Assembly: GCA_964016885.1 (NCBI GenBank)
Contig: OZ024740.1
Span: 416,702,001-416,766,000 of the forward strand
Length of the DNA stretch: 64,000 nt
DNA from: Eledone cirrhosa
Taxonomy: Eukaryota
Reading direction: 5' to 3'
Numbering within the stretch: the stretch's first letter is position 1; each line of letters starts with the position of its first letter. Under the pieces are notes generated by a model. That model was not told the DNA's origin and searched no databases. It saw only the letters and a list, made by a program, of their open reading frames with translations. The translations under genes were made by a program, and so were the position numbers. Below are positions 41,556 to 56,143 of the stretch, piece by piece.

Positions 41556-44500
41556 GTTATATTTACTGGAAGTCTACCTTCTCTTCTAGACAGTTGTCAT
41601 GAGCCTATGTTGGGGTTATATTTACTGTAAGTCTACCTTCTCTCCTAGACAGTTGTCATGAGCCTATGTTGGGGTTATATTTACTGTAAGTCTACCTTCT
41701 CTCCTAGACAGTTGTCATGAGCCTATATTGGGGGTTATATTTACTGGAAGTCTTCCTTCTCTCCTAGACAGTTGTCATGAGCCTATATTGGGGGTTATAT
41801 TTACTGTAAGTCTACCTTCTCTTCTAGACAGTTGTCATGAGCCTATATTGGAGTTATATTTACTGGAAGTCTACCTTCTCTTCTAGACAGTTGTTGTGAG
41901 CCTATGTTGGTGTTATATTTACTGTAAGTCTACCTTCTCTCCTAGACAGTTGTCATGAGCCTATATTGGAGTTATATTTACTGGAAGTCTACCTTCTCTC
42001 CTAGACAGTTGTCATGAGCCTATATTGGAGTTATATTTACTGTAAGTCTACCTTCTCTTCTAGACAGTTGTCATGAGCCTATATTGGAGTTATATTTACT
42101 GGAAGTCTACCTTCTCTTCTAGACAGTTTTCATGAGCCTATATTGCAATTATATTTACTGGAAGTCTACCTTCTCTCCTAGACAGTTGTCATGAGCCTAT
42201 ATTGGGGTTTATATTTACTGTAATCTACCTTCTCTTCTAGACAGTTGTCATGAGCCTATATTGGAGTCATATTTACTGTAAGTCTACCTTCTCTTCGAGA
42301 CAGTTGTCATGAGCCTATATTGGAGTTATATTTACTGTACGTCTACCTTTTCTTCTAGACAGTTTTCATGAGCCTATATTGGAGTTATATTTACTGGAAG
42401 TCTACCTTCTCTTCTAGACAGTTGTCATGAGCCTATATTGGAGTTATATTTACTGTATGTCTACCTTCTCTCCTATACAGTTGTCGTGACCCTATATTGG
42501 AGTTATATTTACTGGAAGTCTACCTTCAATTCTAGACAGTTGTCATGAGCCTATATTGGAGTTATATTTACTGGAAGTCTACCTTCTCTCCTAGACAGTT
42601 GTCATGTGCCTATATTGGAGTTATATTTACTGTAAGGCTACCTTCTCTTCTAGACAGTTGTCATGAGCCTATATTCGAGTTATATTTACTGGAAGTCTAC
42701 CTTCTCTCTAAGACCGTTGTCATGAGCCTATATTGGGGGTTATATTTACTGTAAGTCTACCTTCTCTTCTAGACAGTTATTGTGAGCCTATGTTGGTGTT
42801 ATATTTACTGGAAGTCTACCTTCTCTTCTAGACAGTTGTCATGAGCCTATATTGGAGTTATATTTACTGGAAGTCTACCTTCTCTCCTAGACAGTTGTCA
42901 TGAGCCTATATTGGAGTTATATTTACTGTAAGTCTACCTTCTCTTCTAGACAGTTGTCATGAGCCTATATTGGAGTTATATTTACTGGAAGTCTACCTTC
43001 TCTCCTAGACAGTTGTCACGAGCCTATGTTGGTGTTATATTTACTGGAAGTCTACCTTCTCTCCTAGACAGTTTTCATGAGCCTATATTGGAGTTATATT
43101 TACTAGAAGTCTACCTTCTCTTCTAGACAGTTGTCATGAGCCTATATTGGAGTTATATTCACTGCAAGTCTACCGTCTATCCTAGACAGTTGTCATGAGC
43201 CTATGTTGGTGTTATATTTACTGGAAGTCTACCTTCTCTCCTAGACAGTTGTCATGAGCCTATATTGGAGTTATATTTACTGTAAGTCTACCTTCTCTTC
43301 TAGACAGTTGTCATGAGCCTATATTGCAGTTATATTTACTGGAAGTCTACCTTCTCTCCTAGACAGTTGTCATGAGCCTATATTGGAGTTATATTTACTG
43401 TAAGTCTACCTTCTTTTCTAGACAGTTGTCATGAGCCTATATTGGAGTTATATTTACTGGAAGTCTACCTTCTCTTCTAGACAGTTGTCATGAGCCTATA
43501 TTGGAGTTATATTTACTGTAAGTCTACCTTCTCTCCTATACAGTTCTCATGAGCCTATATTGGAGTTATATTTACTGGAAGTCTACCTTCTCTTCTAGAC
43601 AGTTGTCATGAGCCTATATTGGAGTTATATTTACTGGAAGTCTACCTTCTCTCCTAGACAGTTGTCATGAGCCTATATTGGAGTTATATTTACTGTAAGT
43701 CTACCTTCTCTTCTAGACAGTTGTCATGAGCCTATATTGGAGTTATATTTACTGGAAGTCTACCTTCTCTTCTAGACAGTTGTCATGAGCCTATATTGGA
43801 GTTATATTTACTGGAAGTCTACCGTCTCTCCTAGACAGTTGTCATGAGCCTATGTTGGTGTTATATTTACTGTAAGTCTACCTTCTCTTCTAGACAGTTG
43901 TCATGAGCCTATATTGGAGTTATATTTACTGGAAGTCTACCTTCTCTTCTAGACAGTTGTCATGAGCCTATGTTGGGGTTATATTTACTGTAAGTCTACC
44001 TTCTCTCCTAGACAGTTGTCATGAGCCTATTTTGGGGTTATATTTACTGGAAGTCTACCTTCTCTCCTAGATAGTTGTCATGAGCCTATATTGGAGTTAT
44101 ATTTACTGGAAGTCTACCTTCTCTTCTAGACAGTTGTCATGAGCCTATATTGGAGTTATATTTACTGTAAGTCTACCTTCTCTTCTAGACAGTTGTCATG
44201 AGCCTATATTGGAGTTATATTTACTGGAAGTCTACCTTCTCTTCTAGACAGTTGTCATGAGCCTATATTGCAGTTATATTTACTGGAAGTCTACCTTCTC
44301 TCCTAGACAGTTGTCATGAGCCTATATTGGGGGTTATATTTACTGTAAATCTACCTTCTCTTCTAGACAGTTGTCATGAGCCTATATTGGAGTCATATTT
44401 ACTGTAAGTCTACCTTCTCTTCTAGACAGTTGTCATGAGCCTATATTGGAGTTATATTTACTGTACGTCTACCTTTACTTCTAGCCAGTTTTCATGAGCC

Positions 44501-45544
44501 TATATTGGAGTTATATTTACTGGAATTCTACCTTCTCTTCTAGACAGTTGTCATGAGCCTATATTGGAGTTATATTTACTGTATGTCTACCTTCTCTCCT
44601 ATACAGTTGTCATGACCCTATATTGGAGTTATATTTACTGGAAGTCTACCTTCAATTCTAGACAGTTGTCATGAGCCTATATTGGAGTTATATTTACTGG
44701 AAGTCTACATTCTCTCCTAGACAGTTGTCATGTGCCTATATTCGAGTTATATTTACTGTAAGGCTACCTTCTCTTCTAGACAGTTGTCATGAGCCTATAT
44801 TCCAGTTATATTTACTGGAAGTCTACCTTCTCTCCTAGACCGTTGTCATGAGCCTATATTGGGGGTTATATTTACTGTAAGTCTACCTTCTCTTCTAGAC
44901 AGTTGTTGTGAGCCTATGTTGGTGTTATATTTACTGGAAGTCTACCTTCTCTTCTAGACAGTTGTCATGAGCCTATATTGGAGTTATATTTACTGGAAGT
45001 CTACCTTCTCTCCTAGACAGTTGTCATGAGCCTATATTGGAGTTATATTTACTGTAAGTCTACCTTCTCTTCTAGACAGTTGTCATGAGCCTATATTGGA
45101 GTTATATTTACTGGAAGTCTACCTTCTCTTCTAGACAGTTGTCATGAGCCTATATTGGAGTTATATTTACTGGAAGTCTACCTTCTCTCCTAGACAGTTG
45201 TCATGAGCCTATATTGGAGTTATATTTACTGGAAGTCTACCTTCTCTTCTAGACAGTTGTCATGCGCCTATATTGGAGTTATATTTACTGTAAGTCTACC
45301 TTCTCTTCTAGACAGTTGTCATGAGCCTATATTGGAGTTATATTTACTGGAAGTCTACCTTCTCTCCTAGACAGTTGTCATGAGCCTATATTGGAGTTAT
45401 ATTTACTGTAAGTCTACCTTCTCTTCTAGACAGTTGTCATGAGCCTATATTGGAGTTATATTTACTGGAAGTCTACCTTCTCCCCTAGACAGTTTTCATG
45501 AGCCTATATTGGAGTTATATTTACTGGAAGTCTACCTTCTCTTC

Positions 45545-48500
45545 TAGACAGTTGTCATGAGCCTATATTGGAGTTATATTTACTGGAAGTCTACCTTCTC
45601 TCCTAGACAGTTGTCATGAGCCTATATTGGAGTTATATTTACTGGAAGTCTACCTTCTCTTCTAGACAGTTGTTGTGAGCCTATGTTGGTGTTATATTTA
45701 CTGTAAGTCTACCTTCTCTCCTAGACAGTTGTCATGAGCCTATATTGGAGTTATATTTACTGGAAGTCTACCTTCTCTTCTAGACAGTTGTCATGAGCCT
45801 ATATTGGAGTTATATTTACTGTAAGTCTACCTTCTCTTCTAGACAGTTGTCATGAGCCTATATTGGAGTTATATTTACTGGAAGTCTACCTTCTCTTCTA
45901 GACAGTTGTCATGAGCCTATATTGCAATTATATTTACTGGAAGTCTACCTTCTCTCCTAGACAGTTGTCATGAGCCTATATTGGGGGTTATATTTACTGT
46001 AAGTCTACCTTCTCTTCTAGACAGTTGTCATGAGCCTATATTGGAGTCATATTTACTGTAAGTCTACCTTCTCTTCTAGACAGTTGTCATGAGCCTATAT
46101 TGGAGTTATATTTACTGGAAGTCTACCTTCAATTCTAGACAGTTGTCATGAGCCTATATTGGAGTTATATTTACTGGAAGTCTACCTTCTCTCCTAGACA
46201 GTTGTCATGTGCCTATATTGGAGTTATATTTACTGTAAGGCTACCTTCTCTTCTAGACATTTGTCATGAGCCTATATTCGAGTTATATTTACTGGAAGTC
46301 TACCTTCTCTCCTAGACCGTTGTCATGAGCCTATATTGGGGTTTATATTTACTGTAAGTCTACCTTCTCTTCTAGACAGTTGTTGTGAGCCTATGTTGGT
46401 GTTATATTTACTGGAAGTCTACCTTCTCTTCTAGACAGTTGTCATGAGCCTATATTGGAGTTATATTTACTGGAAGTCTACCTTCTCTCCTAGACAGTTG
46501 TCATGAGCCTATATTGGAGTTATATTTACTGTAAGTCTACCTTCTCTTCTAGACAGTTGTCATGAGCCTATATTGGAGTTATATTTACTGGAAGTCTACC
46601 TTCTCTTTTAGACAGTTGTCATGAGCCTATATTGGAGTTATATTTACTGGAAGTCTACCTTGTCTCCTAGACAGTTGTCATGAGCCTATATTGGAGTTAT
46701 ATTTACTGGAAGTCTACCTTCTCTTCTAGACAGTTGTCATGCGCCTATATTGGAGTTATATTTACTGTAAGTCTACCTTCTCTTCTAGACAGTTGTCATG
46801 AGCCTATATTGGAGTTATATTTACTGGAAGTCTACCTTCTCTCCTAGACAGTTGTCATGAGCCTATATTGGAGTTATATTTACTGGAAGTCTACCTTCTC
46901 TTCTAGACAGTTGTCATGAGCCCATATTGGAGTTATATTTACTGTAAGTCTACCTTCTCTTCTAGACAGTTGTCATGAGCCTATATTGGAGTTATATTTA
47001 CTGGAAGTCTACCTTCTCTCCTAGACAGTTTTCATGAGCCTATATTGGAGTTATATTTACTGTAAGTCTACCTTCTCTTCTAGACAGTTGTCATGCGCCT
47101 ATATTGGAGTTATATTTACTGGAAGTATACCTTCTCTTCTAGACAGTTGTCATGAGCCTATATTCGAGTTATATTTACTGGAAGTCTACCTTCTCTCCTA
47201 GACAGTTGTCATGAGCCTATGTTGGTGTTATATTTACTGGAAGTCTACCTTCTCTCCTAGACAGTTGTCATGAGCCTATATTGGAGTTATATTTACTAGA
47301 AGTCTACCTTCTCTTCTAGACAGTTGTCATGAGCCTATATTGGAGTTATATTCACTGGAAGTCTACCGTCTCTCCTAGACAGTTGTCATGAGCCTATGTT
47401 GGTGTTATATTTACTGGAAGTCTACCTTCTCTCCTAGACAGTTGTCATGAGCCTATATTGGAGTTATATTTACTGTAAGTCTACCTTCTCTTCTAGACAG
47501 TTGTCATGAGCCTATATTGGAGTTATATTTACTGGAAGTCTACCTTCTCTCCTAGACAGTTGTCATGAGCCTATATTGGAGTTATATTTACTGTAAGTCT
47601 ACCTTCTTTTCTAGACAGTTGTCATGAGCCTATATTGGAGTTATATTTACTGGAAGTCTACCTTCTCTTCTAGACAGTTGTCATGAGCCTATATTGGAGT
47701 TATATTTACTGTAAGTCTACCTTCTCTCCTATACAGTTCTCATGAGCCTATATTGGAGTTATATTTACTGGAAGTCTACCTTCTCTTCTAGACAGTTGTC
47801 ATGAGCCTATATTGGAGTTATATTTACTGGAAGTCTACCTTCTCTCCTAGACAGTTGTCATGAGCCTATATTGGAGTTATATTTACTGTAAGTCTACCTT
47901 CTCTTCTAGACAGTTGTCATGAGCCTATATTGGAGTTATATTTACTGGAAATCTACCTTCTCTTCTAGACAGTTGTCATGAGCCTATATTGGAGTTATAT
48001 TTACTGGAAGTCTACCGTCTCTCCTAGACAGTTGTCATGAGCCTATATTGGAGTTATATTTACTGGAAGTCTACCTTCTCTTCTAGACAGTTGTCATGAG
48101 CCTATATTGGAGTTATATTTACTGGAAGTCTACCTTCTCTTCTAGACAGTTGTCATGAGCCTATATTGGAGTTATATTTACTGGAAGTCTACCTTCTCTT
48201 ATAGACAGTTGTCATGAGCCTATATTGGAGTTCTATTTACTGTAAGTCTACCTTCTCTCCTAGACAGTTGTCATGAGCCTATATTGGAGTTATATTTACT
48301 GTAAGTCTACCTTCTCTCCTAGACAGTTGTCATGACCCTATATTGGAGTTATATTTACTGTAAGTCTACCTTCTCTCCTAGACAGTTGTCATGAGCCTAT
48401 ATTGGAGTTATATTTACTGGAAGTCTACCTTCTCTGCTAGACAGTTGTCATGAGCCTATATTGGAGTTATATTTACTGTAAGTCTACCTTCTCTTCTAGA

Positions 48501-51500
48501 CAGTTTTCATGAGCCTATGTTGGGGTTATATTTATTGGAAGTCTACCTTCTCTTCTAGACAGTTGTCATGAGCCTATGTTGAGGTTTATATTTACTGAAG
48601 ATCTACCTTCTCTTCTAGACAGTTGTCATGAGCATATGTTGGGGGTTATATTTACTGGAAGTCTACCTTCTCTTCTAGACAGTTGTCATGAGCCTATGTT
48701 GATGTTATATTTACTGGAAGTCTACCTTCTCTTCTAGACAGTTGTCATGAGCCTATGTTGGAGTTATATTTACTGGAAGTCTACCTTCTCTCCTAGACAG
48801 TTTTCATGAGCCTATATTGGAGTTATATTTACTGTAAGTCTACCTTCTCTCCTAGACAGTTGTCATGAGCCTATATTGGTGGTTATATTTACTGGAAGTC
48901 TACCTTCTCTCCTAGACAGTTGTCATGAGCCTATATTGGAGTTATATTTACTGGAAGTCTACCTTCTCTTCTAGACAGTTGTCATGAGCCTATATTGGAG
49001 TTATATTTACTGTAAGTCTACCTTCTCTTCTAGACAGTTGTCATGAGCCTATATTGGAGTTATATTTACTGGAAGTCTACCTTCTCTCCTAGACAGTTGT
49101 CATGAGCCTATATTGGAGTTATATTTACTGGAAGTCTACCTTCTCTCCTAGACAGTTGTCATGAGCCTATATTGGAGTTATATTTACTGGAAGTCTACCT
49201 TCTCTCCTAGACAGTTGTTGTGAGCCTATATTGGAGTTATATTTACTGGAAGTCTACCTTCTCTCCTAGACAGTTGTCATGAGCCTCTATTGGAGTTATA
49301 TTTACTGGAAGTCTACCTTCTCTTCTAGACAGTTGTCATGAGCCTATGTTGGGGTTATATTTACTGGAAGTCTACCTTCTCTTCTAGACAGTTGTCATGA
49401 GCCTATGTTGGGGTTATATTTACTGGAAGTCTACCTTCTCTTCTAGACAGTTGTTGTGAGCCTATGTTGGGGTTATATTTACTGGAAGTCTACCTTCTCT
49501 CCTAGACAGTTGTCATGAGCCTATATTGGAGTTATATTTACTGGAAGTCTACCTTTTCTCCTAGACAGTTGTCATGAGCCTATGTTGGGGTTATATTTAC
49601 TGGAAGTCTACCTTCTCTTCTAGACAGTTGTCATGAGCCTATATTGTAGTTATATTTACTGTAAGTCTACCTTCTCTTCTAGACAGTTGTCATGAGCCTA
49701 TTTTGGAGTTATATTTACTGTAAGTCTACCTTCTCCTAGACAGTTGTCATGAGCCTATATTGGAGTCATATTTACTGTAAGTCTACCTTCTCTTCTAGAC
49801 AGTTGTCATGAGCCTATATTGGAGTTATATTTACTGGAAGTCTACCTTCTCTCCTAGACAGTTGTCATGAGCCTATATTGGAGTTATATTTACTGGAAGT
49901 CTACCTTCTCTCCTAGACAGTTGTCATGAGCCTATATTGGAGTTATATTTACTGGAAGTCTACCTTCTCTCCTAGACAGTTGTCATGAGCCTATATTGGA
50001 GTTATATTTACTGGAAGTCTACCTTCTCTTCTAGACAGTTGTTGTGAGCCTATGTTGGTGTTATATTTACTGTAAGTCTACCTTCTCTCCTAGACAGTTG
50101 TCATGAGCCTATATTGGAGTTATATTTACTGGAAGTCTACCTTCTCTTCTAGACAGTTGTCATGAGCCTATATTGGAGTTATATTTACTGTAAGTCTACC
50201 TTCTCTTCTAGACAGTTGTCATGAGCCTATATTGGAGTTATATTTACTGGAAGTCTACCTTCTCTTCTAGACAGTTGTCATGAGCCTATATTGCAATTAT
50301 ATTTACTGGAAGTCTACCTTCTCTCCTAGACAGTTGTCATGAGCCTATATTGGGGGTTATATTTACTGTAAGTCTACCTTCTCTTCTAGACAGTTGTCAT
50401 GAGCCTATATTGGAGTCATATTTACTGTAAGTCTACCTTCTCTTCTAGACAGTTGTCATGAGCCTATATTGGAGTTATATTTACTGGAAGTCTACCTTCA
50501 ATTCTAGACAGTTGTCATGAGCCTATATTGGAGTTATATTTACTGGAAGTCTACCTTCTCTCCTAGACAGTTGTCATGTGCCTATATTGGAGTTATATTT
50601 ACTGTAAGGCTACCTTCTCTTCTAGACATTTGTCATGAGCCTATATTCGAGTTATATTTACTGGAAGTCTACCTTCTCTCCTAGACCGTTGTCATGAGCC
50701 TATATTGGGGTTTATATTTACTGTAAGTCTACCTTCTCTTCTAGACAGTTGTTGTGAGCCTATGTTGGTGTTATATTTACTGGAAGTCTACCTTCTCTTC
50801 TAGACAGTTGTCATGAGCCTATATTGGAGTTATATTTACTGGAAGTCTACCTTCTCTCCTAGACAGTTGTCATGAGCCTATATTGGAGTTATATTTACTG
50901 TAAGTCTACCTTCTCTTCTAGACAGTTGTCATGAGCCTATATTGGAGTTATATTTACTGGAAGTCTACCTTCTCTTTTAGACAGTTGTCATGAGCCTATA
51001 TTGGAGTTATATTTACTGGAAGTCTACCTTGTCTCCTAGACAGTTGTCATGAGCCTATATTGGAGTTATATTTACTGGAAGTCTACCTTCTCTTCTAGAC
51101 AGTTGTCATGCGCCTATATTGGAGTTATATTTACTGTAAGTCTACCTTCTCTTCTAGACAGTTGTCATGAGCCTATATTGGAGTTATATTTACTGGAAGT
51201 CTACCTTCTCTCCTAGACAGTTGTCATGAGCCTATATTGGAGTTATATTTACTGGAAGTCTACCTTCTCTTCTAGACAGTTGTCATGAGCCCATATTGGA
51301 GTTATATTTACTGTAAGTCTACCTTCTCTTCTAGACAGTTGTCATGAGCCTATATTGGAGTTATATTTACTGGAAGTCTACCTTCTCTCCTAGACAGTTT
51401 TCATGAGCCTATATTGGAGTTATATTTACTGTAAGTCTACCTTCTCTTCTAGACAGTTGTCATGCGCCTATATTGGAGTTATATTTACTGGAAGTATACC

Positions 51501-54350
51501 TTCTCTTCTAGACAGTTGTCATGAGCCTATATTCGAGTTATATTTACTGGAAGTCTACCTTCTCTCCTAGACAGTTGTCATGAGCCTATGTTGGTGTTAT
51601 ATTTACTGGAAGTCTACCTTCTCTCCTAGACAGTTGTCATGAGCCTATATTGGAGTTATATTTACTAGAAGTCTACCTTCTCTTCTAGACAGTTGTCATG
51701 AGCCTATATTGGAGTTATATTCACTGGAAGTCTACCGTCTCTCCTAGACAGTTGTCATGAGCCTATGTTGGTGTTATATTTACTGGAAGTCTACCTTCTC
51801 TCCTAGACAGTTGTCATGAGCCTATATTGGAGTTATATTTACTGTAAGTCTACCTTCTCTTCTAGACAGTTGTCATGAGCCTATATTGGAGTTATATTTA
51901 CTGGAAGTCTACCTTCTCTCCTAGACAGTTGTCATGAGCCTATATTGGAGTTATATTTACTGTAAGTCTACCTTCTTTTCTAGACAGTTGTCATGAGCCT
52001 ATATTGGAGTTATATTTACTGGAAGTCTACCTTCTCTTCTAGACAGTTGTCATGAGCCTATATTGGAGTTATATTTACTGTAAGTCTACCTTCTCTCCTA
52101 TACAGTTCTCATGAGCCTATATTGGAGTTATATTTACTGGAAGTCTACCTTCTCTTCTAGACAGTTGTCATGAGCCTATATTGGAGTTATATTTACTGGA
52201 AGTCTACCTTCTCTCCTAGACAGTTGTCATGAGCCTATATTGGAGTTATATTTACTGTAAGTCTACCTTCTCTTCTAGACAGTTGTCATGAGCCTATATT
52301 GGAGTTATATTTACTGGAAATCTACCTTCTCTTCTAGACAGTTGTCATGAGCCTATATTGGAGTTATATTTACTGGAAGTCTACCGTCTCTCCTAGACAG
52401 TTGTCATGAGCCTATATTGGAGTTATATTTACTGGAAGTCTACCTTCTCTTCTAGACAGTTGTCATGAGCCTATATTGGAGTTATATTTACTGGAAGTCT
52501 ACCTTCTCTTCTAGACAGTTGTCATGAGCCTATATTGGAGTTATATTTACTGGAAGTCTACCTTCTCTTATAGACAGTTGTCATGAGCCTATATTGGAGT
52601 TCTATTTACTGTAAGTCTACCTTCTCTCCTAGACAGTTGTCATGAGCCTATATTGGAGTTATATTTACTGTAAGTCTACCTTCTCTCCTAGACAGTTGTC
52701 ATGACCCTATATTGGAGTTATATTTACTGTAAGTCTACCTTCTCTCCTAGACAGTTGTCATGAGCCTATATTGGAGTTATATTTACTGGAAGTCTACCTT
52801 CTCTGCTAGACAGTTGTCATGAGCCTATATTGGAGTTATATTTACTGTAAGTCTACCTTCTCTTCTAGACAGTTTTCATGAGCCTATGTTGGGGTTATAT
52901 TTATTGGAAGTCTACCTTCTCTTCTAGACAGTTGTCATGAGCCTATGTTGAGGTTTATATTTACTGAAGATCTACCTTCTCTTCTAGACAGTTGTCATGA
53001 GCATATGTTGGGGGTTATATTTACTGGAAGTCTACCTTCTCTTCTAGACAGTTGTCATGAGCCTATGTTGATGTTATATTTACTGGAAGTCTACCTTCTC
53101 TTCTAGACAGTTGTCATGAGCCTATGTTGGAGTTATATTTACTGGAAGTCTACCTTCTCTCCTAGACAGTTTTCATGAGCCTATATTGGAGTTATATTTA
53201 CTGTAAGTCTACCTTCTCTCCTAGACAGTTGTCATGAGCCTATATTGGTGGTTATATTTACTGGAAGTCTACCTTCTCTCCTAGACAGTTGTCATGAGCC
53301 TATATTGGAGTTATATTTACTGGAAGTCTACCTTCTCTTCTAGACAGTTGTCATGAGCCTATATTGGAGTTATATTTACTGTAAGTCTACCTTCTCTTCT
53401 AGACAGTTGTCATGAGCCTATATTGGAGTTATATTTACTGGAAGTCTACCTTCTCTCCTAGACAGTTGTCATGAGCCTATATTGGAGTTATATTTACTGG
53501 AAGTCTACCTTCTCTCCTAGACAGTTGTCATGAGCCTATATTGGAGTTATATTTACTGGAAGTCTACCTTCTCTCCTAGACAGTTGTTGTGAGCCTATAT
53601 TGGAGTTATATTTACTGGAAGTCTACCTTCTCTCCTAGACAGTTGTCATGAGCCTCTATTGGAGTTATATTTACTGGAAGTCTACCTTCTCTTCTAGACA
53701 GTTGTCATGAGCCTATGTTGGGGTTATATTTACTGGAAGTCTACCTTCTCTTCTAGACAGTTGTCATGAGCCTATGTTGGGGTTATATTTACTGGAAGTC
53801 TACCTTCTCTTCTAGACAGTTGTTGTGAGCCTATGTTGGGGTTATATTTACTGGAAGTCTACCTTCTCTCCTAGACAGTTGTCATGAGCCTATATTGGAG
53901 TTATATTTACTGGAAGTCTACCTTTTCTCCTAGACAGTTGTCATGAGCCTATGTTGGGGTTATATTTACTGGAAGTCTACCTTCTCTTCTAGACAGTTGT
54001 CATGAGCCTATATTGTAGTTATATTTACTGTAAGTCTACCTTCTCTTCTAGACAGTTGTCATGAGCCTATTTTGGAGTTATATTTACTGTAAGTCTACCT
54101 TCTCCTAGACAGTTGTCATGAGCCTATATTGGAGTCATATTTACTGTAAGTCTACCTTCTCTTCTAGACAGTTGTCATGAGCCTATATTGGAGTTATATT
54201 TACTGGAAGTCTACCTTCTCTCCTAGACAGTTGTCATGAGCCTATATTGGAGTTATATTTACTGGAAGTCTACCTTCTCTCCTAGACAGTTGTCATGAGC
54301 CTATATTGGAGTTATATTTACTGGAAGTCTACCTTCTCTCCTAGACAGTT
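45545..54350. repeat. Tandem block duplication, period 4369 bp (74 monomers), apparently identical copies
   Basis: Rare markers recur at +4369: agacattt 46260/50629, tttactgaagatct 48591/52960, and the 57-bp monomer 49683/54052. gaagtatacc, ggaaatct, cttatagac and ctctgctag also recur at this offset. No difference was found at the markers checked. Confidence 0.92.
48130..49800. repeat. Island of more diverged monomers within the array (copies at about 52500-54170 and 63070-64000)
   Basis: The variants gttgaggttt...tgaagatct, gagcatatgttggggg, gttgatgtt, attggtggtt, ctctgctag, cttatagac and a 57-bp unit occur only here and in its duplicates. The ordered marker cassette found elsewhere in the array is absent. 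Confidence 0.75.
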
Positions 54351-56143
54351 GTTGTGAGCCTATATTGGAGTTATATTTACTGGAAGTCTACCTTCTCTCC
54401 TAGACAGTTGTCATGAGCCTCTATTGGAGTTATATTTACTGGAAGTCTACCTTCTCTTCTAGACAGTTGTCATGAGCCTATGTTTGGGTTATATTTACTG
54501 GAAGTCTACCTTCTCTTCTAGACAGTTGTCATGAGCCTATGTTGGGGTTATATTTACTGGAAGTCTACCTTCTCTTCTAGACAGTTGTTGTGAGCCTATG
54601 TTGGGGTTATATTTACTGGAAGTCTACCTTCTCTCCTAGACAGTTGTCATGAGCCTATATTGGAGTTATATTTACTGGAAGTCTACCTTCTCTTCTAGAC
54701 AGTTGTCATGAGCCTATTTTGGAGTTATATTTACTGTAAGTCTACCTTCTCCTAGACAGTTGTCATGAGCCTATATTGGAGTCATATTTACTGTAAGTCT
54801 ACCTTCTCTTCTAGACAGTTGTCATGAGCCTATATTGGGGTTATATTTACTGAAGTCTACCTTCTCTCCTAGACAGTTGTCATGAGCCTATGTTGGAGTT
54901 ATATTTACTGTAAGTCTACCTTCTCTCCTAGACAGTTGTCATGAGCCTATATTGGAGTTATATTTACTGTAAGTCTACCTTCTCTCCTAGACAGTTGTCA
55001 TGAGCCTATATTGGAGTTATATTTACTGTAAGTCTACCTTCTCTTCTAGACAGTTGTCATGTGCCTATATTGGAGTTATATTTACTGTAAGTCTACCTTC
55101 TCTCCTAGACAGTTGTCATGAGCCTATGTTGGAGTTATATTTACTGTAAGTCTACCTTCTCTCCTAGACAGTTGTCATGAGCCTATGTTGGAGTTATATT
55201 TACTGTACGTCTACCTTCTCTCCTAGACAGTTGTCATGAGCCTATTTTGGAGTTATATTTACTGTAAGTCTACCTTCTCTTCTAGACAGTTGTCATGAGC
55301 CTATATTGGAGTTATATTTACTGGAAGTCTACCTTCTCTTCTAGACAGTTGTCATGAGCCTATATTGGAGTTATATTTACTGGAAGTCTACCTTCTCTCC
55401 TAGACAGTTGTCATGAGCCTATATTGGAGTTATATTTACTGTAAGTCTACCTTCTCTTCTAGACAGTTGTCATGAGCCTATATTGGAGTTATATTTACTG
55501 GAAGTCTACCTTCTCTTCTAGACAGTTGTCATGAGCCTATATTGGAGTTATATTTACTGGAAGTCTACCGTCTCTCCTAGACAGTTGTCATGAGCCTATG
55601 TTGGTGTTATATTTACTGTAAGTCTACCTTCTCTTCTAGACAGTTGTCATGAGCCTATATTGGAGTTATATTTACTGGAAGTCTACCTTCTCTTCTAGAC
55701 AGTTGTCATGAGCCTATGTTGGGGTTATATTTACTGTAAGTCTACCTTCTCTCCTAGACAGTTGTCATGAGCCTATTTTGGGGTTATATTTACTGGAAGT
55801 CTACCTTCTCTCCTAGATAGTTGTCATGAGCCTATATTGGAGTTATATTTACTGGAAGTCTACCTTCTCTTCTAGACAGTTGTCATGAGCCTATATTGGA
55901 GTTATATTTACTGTAAGTCTACCTTCTCTTCTAGACAGTTGTCATGAGCCTATATTGGAGTTATATTTACTGGAAGTCTACCTTCTCTTCTAGACAGTTG
56001 TCATGAGCCTATATTGCAGTTATATTTACTGGAAGTCTACCTTCTCTCCTAGACAGTTGTCATGAGCCTATATTGGGGGTTATATTTACTGTAAGTCTAC
56101 CTTCTCTTCTAGACAGTTGTCATGAGCCTATATTGGAGTCATA

